Shown here: positions 16,039 to 18,606 of the stretch, one piece after another
Numbering within the stretch: the stretch's first letter is position 1
How the letters are laid out: each line of letters starts with the position of its first letter
The notes under the pieces: model-generated
The model's database searches: none
What the model saw: only the letters and a program-made list of their open reading frames with translations
What the model was told of the DNA's origin: nothing
Made by a program: the position numbers and the translations under genes
Source of the DNA: Candidatus Brocadiaceae bacterium
GTDB lineage: Bacteria > Planctomycetota > Brocadiia > Brocadiales > Brocadiaceae
Assembly: GCA_015661205.1 (NCBI GenBank)
Contig: JACVXV010000058.1
Coordinates: 1 to 18,606, forward strand
DNA: 18,606 nucleotides
Reading direction: 5' to 3'

Positions 16039-16086
16039 CTGTGGTTTCAGCAGTTTTTTCCATAATAACCTGTGGTTTCAGCAGTT
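16039..16086 (+). repeat. Two exact 17-nt direct repeats CTGTGGTTTCAGCAGTT in the queE leader
   Basis: Copies at 16039-16055 and 16070-16086 (31-nt period). The second ends at the queE ATG (16087). The first is preceded by AAT, completing a reverse-oriented iteron AATCTGTGG. Confidence 0.75.
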
Positions 16087-16722
16087 ATGAAGATTACCGA
16101 AATATTTAAAAGCATCGAAGGTGAAACGTCCTACGTGGGACTCCCCTGCTCCTTTATTCGCGTAACGGGCTGCAACCTGCGCTGTAGCTATTGCGACACC
16201 ACCTACGCTTACGAAGGCGGACGCGAAATGCCGATCCCTTCAATCCTTGAGGAAGTGAGAGGATTCAAAACGAAACTGGTCTGCATCACCGGCGGGGAAC
16301 CCTTGATAAATAAGGAAACGCCGTTATTGGCCGAAGAACTGCTCAAAAAACGTTATACCGTGCTGGTAGAAACAAACGGCGCTTGTGATATCCGCGCGTT
16401 GCCAAAGGCGGCTATTAAGATTATGGATTTAAAGTGTCCCGACAGCAACGCAAGCTCCCACATGCACTGGCAAAACATCGCGTATCTGACGCCTCAAGAT
16501 GAGGTAAAATTTGTCTTGTCTTCCCGAAATGACTATGAATGGGCAAAGGTTATAATACGGCAACATCGTTTAACTGACATTGCCAGGGTGCTAATAGGAA
16601 CGGCCTCCGGCTCAATCCCGCCCAAAACCGTTGTCCAGTGGCTCCTGGAAGACAACCTCAACGTGCGGTTTCAACTCCAAATACACAAATATATATGGGA
16701 TCAGCAGGCCAGGGGCGTTTGA
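16087..16722 (+). CDS. queE: 7-carboxy-7-deazaguanine synthase (radical SAM QueE)
   Basis: MKITEIFKSIEGETSYVGLPCSFIRVTGCNLRCSYCDTTYAY is the QueE N-terminal signature with the CX3CX2C cluster. I prefer the ATG at 16087 over the GTG at 16072. Confidence 0.9.
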   Translation: MKITEIFKSIEGETSYVGLPCSFIRVTGCNLRCSYCDTTYAYEGGREMPIPSILEEVRGFKTKLVCITGGEPLINKETPLLAEELLKKRYTVLVETNGACDIRALPKAAIKIMDLKCPDSNASSHMHWQNIAYLTPQDEVKFVLSSRNDYEWAKVIIRQHRLTDIARVLIGTASGSIPPKTVVQWLLEDNLNVRFQLQIHKYIWDQQARGV

Positions 16723-16778
16723 ATTGTCACACAGTAACGTTGCAAGGTAAAGCCACGGTTCGACGAAAGAACTTAAAA

Positions 16779-16805
16779 CCACAGATTACACAGATTTCAC
16801 AGATT
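16779..16805 (+). repeat. Solo array of three 9-bp iterons (CCACAGATT ACACAGATT TCACAGATT)
   Basis: Exact tandem 9-mers with the same unit and orientation as the R1 terminus, 57 nt downstream of the queE stop. Confidence 0.8.
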
Positions 16806-16824
16806 AAAAGCATGGAAGTTCAGT

Positions 16825-16931
16825 TATACTACGGACGGGCATAATTTAAACTTTTGAAAGTGTCGCAAATGCCAGATAACCATTGAACATGGCGGAACTT
16901 CGGTCTTTTGTAATGTTCAGTTTATGCCCGT
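16825..16931. repeat. Inverted repeat: 20-nt arms with a 67-nt spacer
   Basis: TATACTACGGACGGGCATAA (16825-16844) pairs with TTATGCCCGTTGGCAGTATA (16912-16931): 17 Watson-Crick pairs plus 1 G-T out of 20. Both arms are preceded by GTTCAGT. Confidence 0.6.
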
Positions 16932-16979
16932 TGGCAGTATAGTGTTAATAAAATCCATTGATACAGTCAATTTGATTAT

Positions 16980-17106
16980 TTATCTAATGAGGAACTCTGA
17001 AATCCTCATTAAAAAGAAGTGAAAATTAGTGCGTTGTATCTATCATAACAGGTACTATGTGAACCAATTGTAATTATTAGAACAATCTGTGTAATCTGTG
17101 GTTTCA
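16980..17106 (-). repeat. About 127-bp repeat element R2 (inverted copy of R1) with two terminal 9-bp iterons
   Basis: Its reverse complement aligns to R1. Iterons AATCTGTGT (17084-17092) and AATCTGTGG (17093-17101). It ends 27 nt upstream of the queC ATG. Confidence 0.8.
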
Positions 17107-17132
17107 AAGCTTTTTATCGTGATAGGTCATCA

Positions 17133-17804
17133 ATGAATGAACTTGCCATTATATTAGTCAGCGGCGGCATGGATAGTTGTGTGACTGCCGCCCTTGCAAG
17201 CGAGCGTTATCAGCCCGCGCTCCTGCACGTCAATTACGGCCAGCGCACGGAATCAAGAGAACTTAAGGCGTTCCGGGACATTGCCGCATATTATCACATA
17301 CCCGAAGACAGATTACTCATATCAAACATCGACCACCTCAGCAAAATTGGTGGTTCGAGTTTAACGGACGCCAGGATAGACGTCCAGCACGCACAACCAT
17401 CCAGTACAGAAATCCCAACCACGTATGTGCCATTCAGAAACACCCTTCTCTTAACCATTGCCGTTTCCTGGGGCGAGGTTATCGGGGCGTGCAAGGTATT
17501 TATCGGCGCAGTTGAGCAAGATAGCCCCGGTTATCCCGACTGCAAACCCGCTTATTATGAGGTATTCAACAGACTCATTAAGGCCGGCACAAAACCGGAC
17601 ACCTGCATTGAGGTGGAAACACCCCTTATTGATAAGTCAAAGACCGAGATCGTAAAACTGGGCATTGCGCTAAAAGCCCCCCTTCATCTGAGCTGGTCTT
17701 GTTACAAAAATTCCGACAAAGCCTGCGGCTTCTGCCAAAGCTGTTTCTTACGGTTAAAGGCCTTTCAGGAGGCCGGTGTGAAGGATCCTGTGATATACGA
17801 GTAG
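17133..17804 (+). CDS. queC: 7-cyano-7-deazaguanine synthase (QueC)
   Basis: 223 aa. PP-loop ILVSGGMDSC, LHVNYGQR, and a C-terminal zinc-binding Cys cluster (SWSCY...CGFCQSC). Confidence 0.9.
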   Translation: MNELAIILVSGGMDSCVTAALASERYQPALLHVNYGQRTESRELKAFRDIAAYYHIPEDRLLISNIDHLSKIGGSSLTDARIDVQHAQPSSTEIPTTYVPFRNTLLLTIAVSWGEVIGACKVFIGAVEQDSPGYPDCKPAYYEVFNRLIKAGTKPDTCIEVETPLIDKSKTEIVKLGIALKAPLHLSWSCYKNSDKACGFCQSCFLRLKAFQEAGVKDPVIYE

Positions 17805-17871
17805 CACAGACTTTCAGCCTGCCGACGCCCTTCATTGAAACAAATGCATTGGATGTGAAAGAATCCCTATC

Positions 17872-18606
17872 ATGAACGACACCGACGTCCTCTTAGAATT
17901 CCTGAAAATGCCTCTTGGAAATTCTGACGAAGTATTCAAAAAATTCACCACCCTCCCTGGCGCAATCCACCGGGGAATCGCGCTTGAACAGTTTCTTTTC
18001 GTTAAAGGCAAAAGAGGCGATAAGGTGCTACTCGTGGCGCACGCCGACACCCATTGGGATAATCGCAACAGGGGCAACGGCCACATACCACAGGAAATTG
18101 TGCAAGAACAGGGCATCATCAAAAACGCGCATGGCGGGCTTGGGGCTGATGACAGGGCTGGTTGTGCAATACTGTGGATGCTCAAGGATATGGGACACTC
18201 CCTCCTCATAACTGACGGTGAAGAACGCGGCGGACGGGGAAGCGACTGGTTAATGAATGAAAACCAGGACATTGCCGACGAAATCAACGACAACCATCAA
18301 TTTGTTATCCAGTTCGACAGGAGAAACAGCAAAGACTTTAAGTGCTATTCCGTTGGTACAGACGAGTTCCGGGCGTACGTTCAACAAGCCACCGGCTACT
18401 CCGAACCCAACCGTTCTGCCTTCACGGACATTGTCACCCTTTGCCGCAGGATTGCCGGCGTCAACCTAAGCATCGGTTATCGAAACGAACACACGGATGA
18501 CGAACATCTGGTCTTGCAGGACTGGCAGCACACCCTTGACGTCTGCCGCACATGGCTTTCCCGTGCCGAATTGCCACGGTTTGATCTCTTACAAAATAAT
18601 AGGTAA
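17872..18606 (+). CDS. M28/M20-like zinc metallohydrolase (peptidase-like), compact form
   Basis: 244 aa. The metal-ligand-like motif series is VLLVAHADTH, GLGADDRAGCAILWML, ITDGEERGGRGS and GYRNEHTDDEH. The TAA stop is at the window end. Family assignment is from motif order only. Confidence 0.5.
   Translation: MNDTDVLLEFLKMPLGNSDEVFKKFTTLPGAIHRGIALEQFLFVKGKRGDKVLLVAHADTHWDNRNRGNGHIPQEIVQEQGIIKNAHGGLGADDRAGCAILWMLKDMGHSLLITDGEERGGRGSDWLMNENQDIADEINDNHQFVIQFDRRNSKDFKCYSVGTDEFRAYVQQATGYSEPNRSAFTDIVTLCRRIAGVNLSIGYRNEHTDDEHLVLQDWQHTLDVCRTWLSRAELPRFDLLQNNR

Noticed and set aside
16021-16086. preQ1 riboswitch upstream of queE (and at 17084-17132 upstream of queC)
   Set aside because: Neither leader shows the short P1 hairpin followed by the A-rich tail (AAAAAACUA-like) of preQ1-I. 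The leaders are T-rich and derive from the dispersed repeat tip. This was not verified with a covariance model.
17832-18293. 153-aa minus-strand ORF antisense to the M28-like gene, and similar antisense ORFs (for example 330-647, 9416-9721, 10667-10987, 10897-11241, 11302-11643, 11978-12283, 12850-13173, 13368-13628, 14622-14888, 15284-15631)
   Set aside because: These are shadow ORFs opposite genes with strong family signatures. Their translations are Ser/Pro/Arg/Cys-rich or otherwise non-protein-like, with no recognisable motifs.

Overview
All genes from 83 to 15732 lie on the minus strand; three plus-strand genes follow. By inference only (gene content, moderate GC), the window looks like an anammox planctomycete (Brocadiales-like) chromosome. 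The centrepiece is a tightly packed six-gene operon (8693-14854, minus). It encodes ACP, FabZ, an intact FabF-type ketosynthase, a ketosynthase paralog that has lost the whole Cys-His-His triad, a CrtI/phytoene-desaturase-like flavoenzyme and a B12-binding-domain radical SAM enzyme. This gene content is what has been proposed, but never biochemically proven, for ladderane (fused cyclobutane) lipid biosynthesis. It also resembles a highly reducing type II PKS. Other genes are: a mosaic WD40/Roc-GTPase/metallophosphoesterase ORF at the left edge; a HigB-HigA toxin-antitoxin pair bracketed by about 95-bp direct repeats; a HAD hydrolase; an alpha-glucan phosphorylase; a dihydrolipoyl dehydrogenase preceded by an unlisted 42-aa membrane mini-ORF; a secreted hypothetical protein; two tandem Uma2-family endonuclease paralogs; a coiled-coil hypothetical protein; queE and queC; and an M28-like metallohydrolase. 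Intergenic regions are unusually rich in structured and dispersed repeats. The main ones are a 187-bp nested inverted repeat at 3349-3535 and a pair of about 130-bp inverted repeats with terminal 9-bp CACAGATT iterons bracketing queE. No rRNA, tRNA, CRISPR array or transposase gene could be supported.
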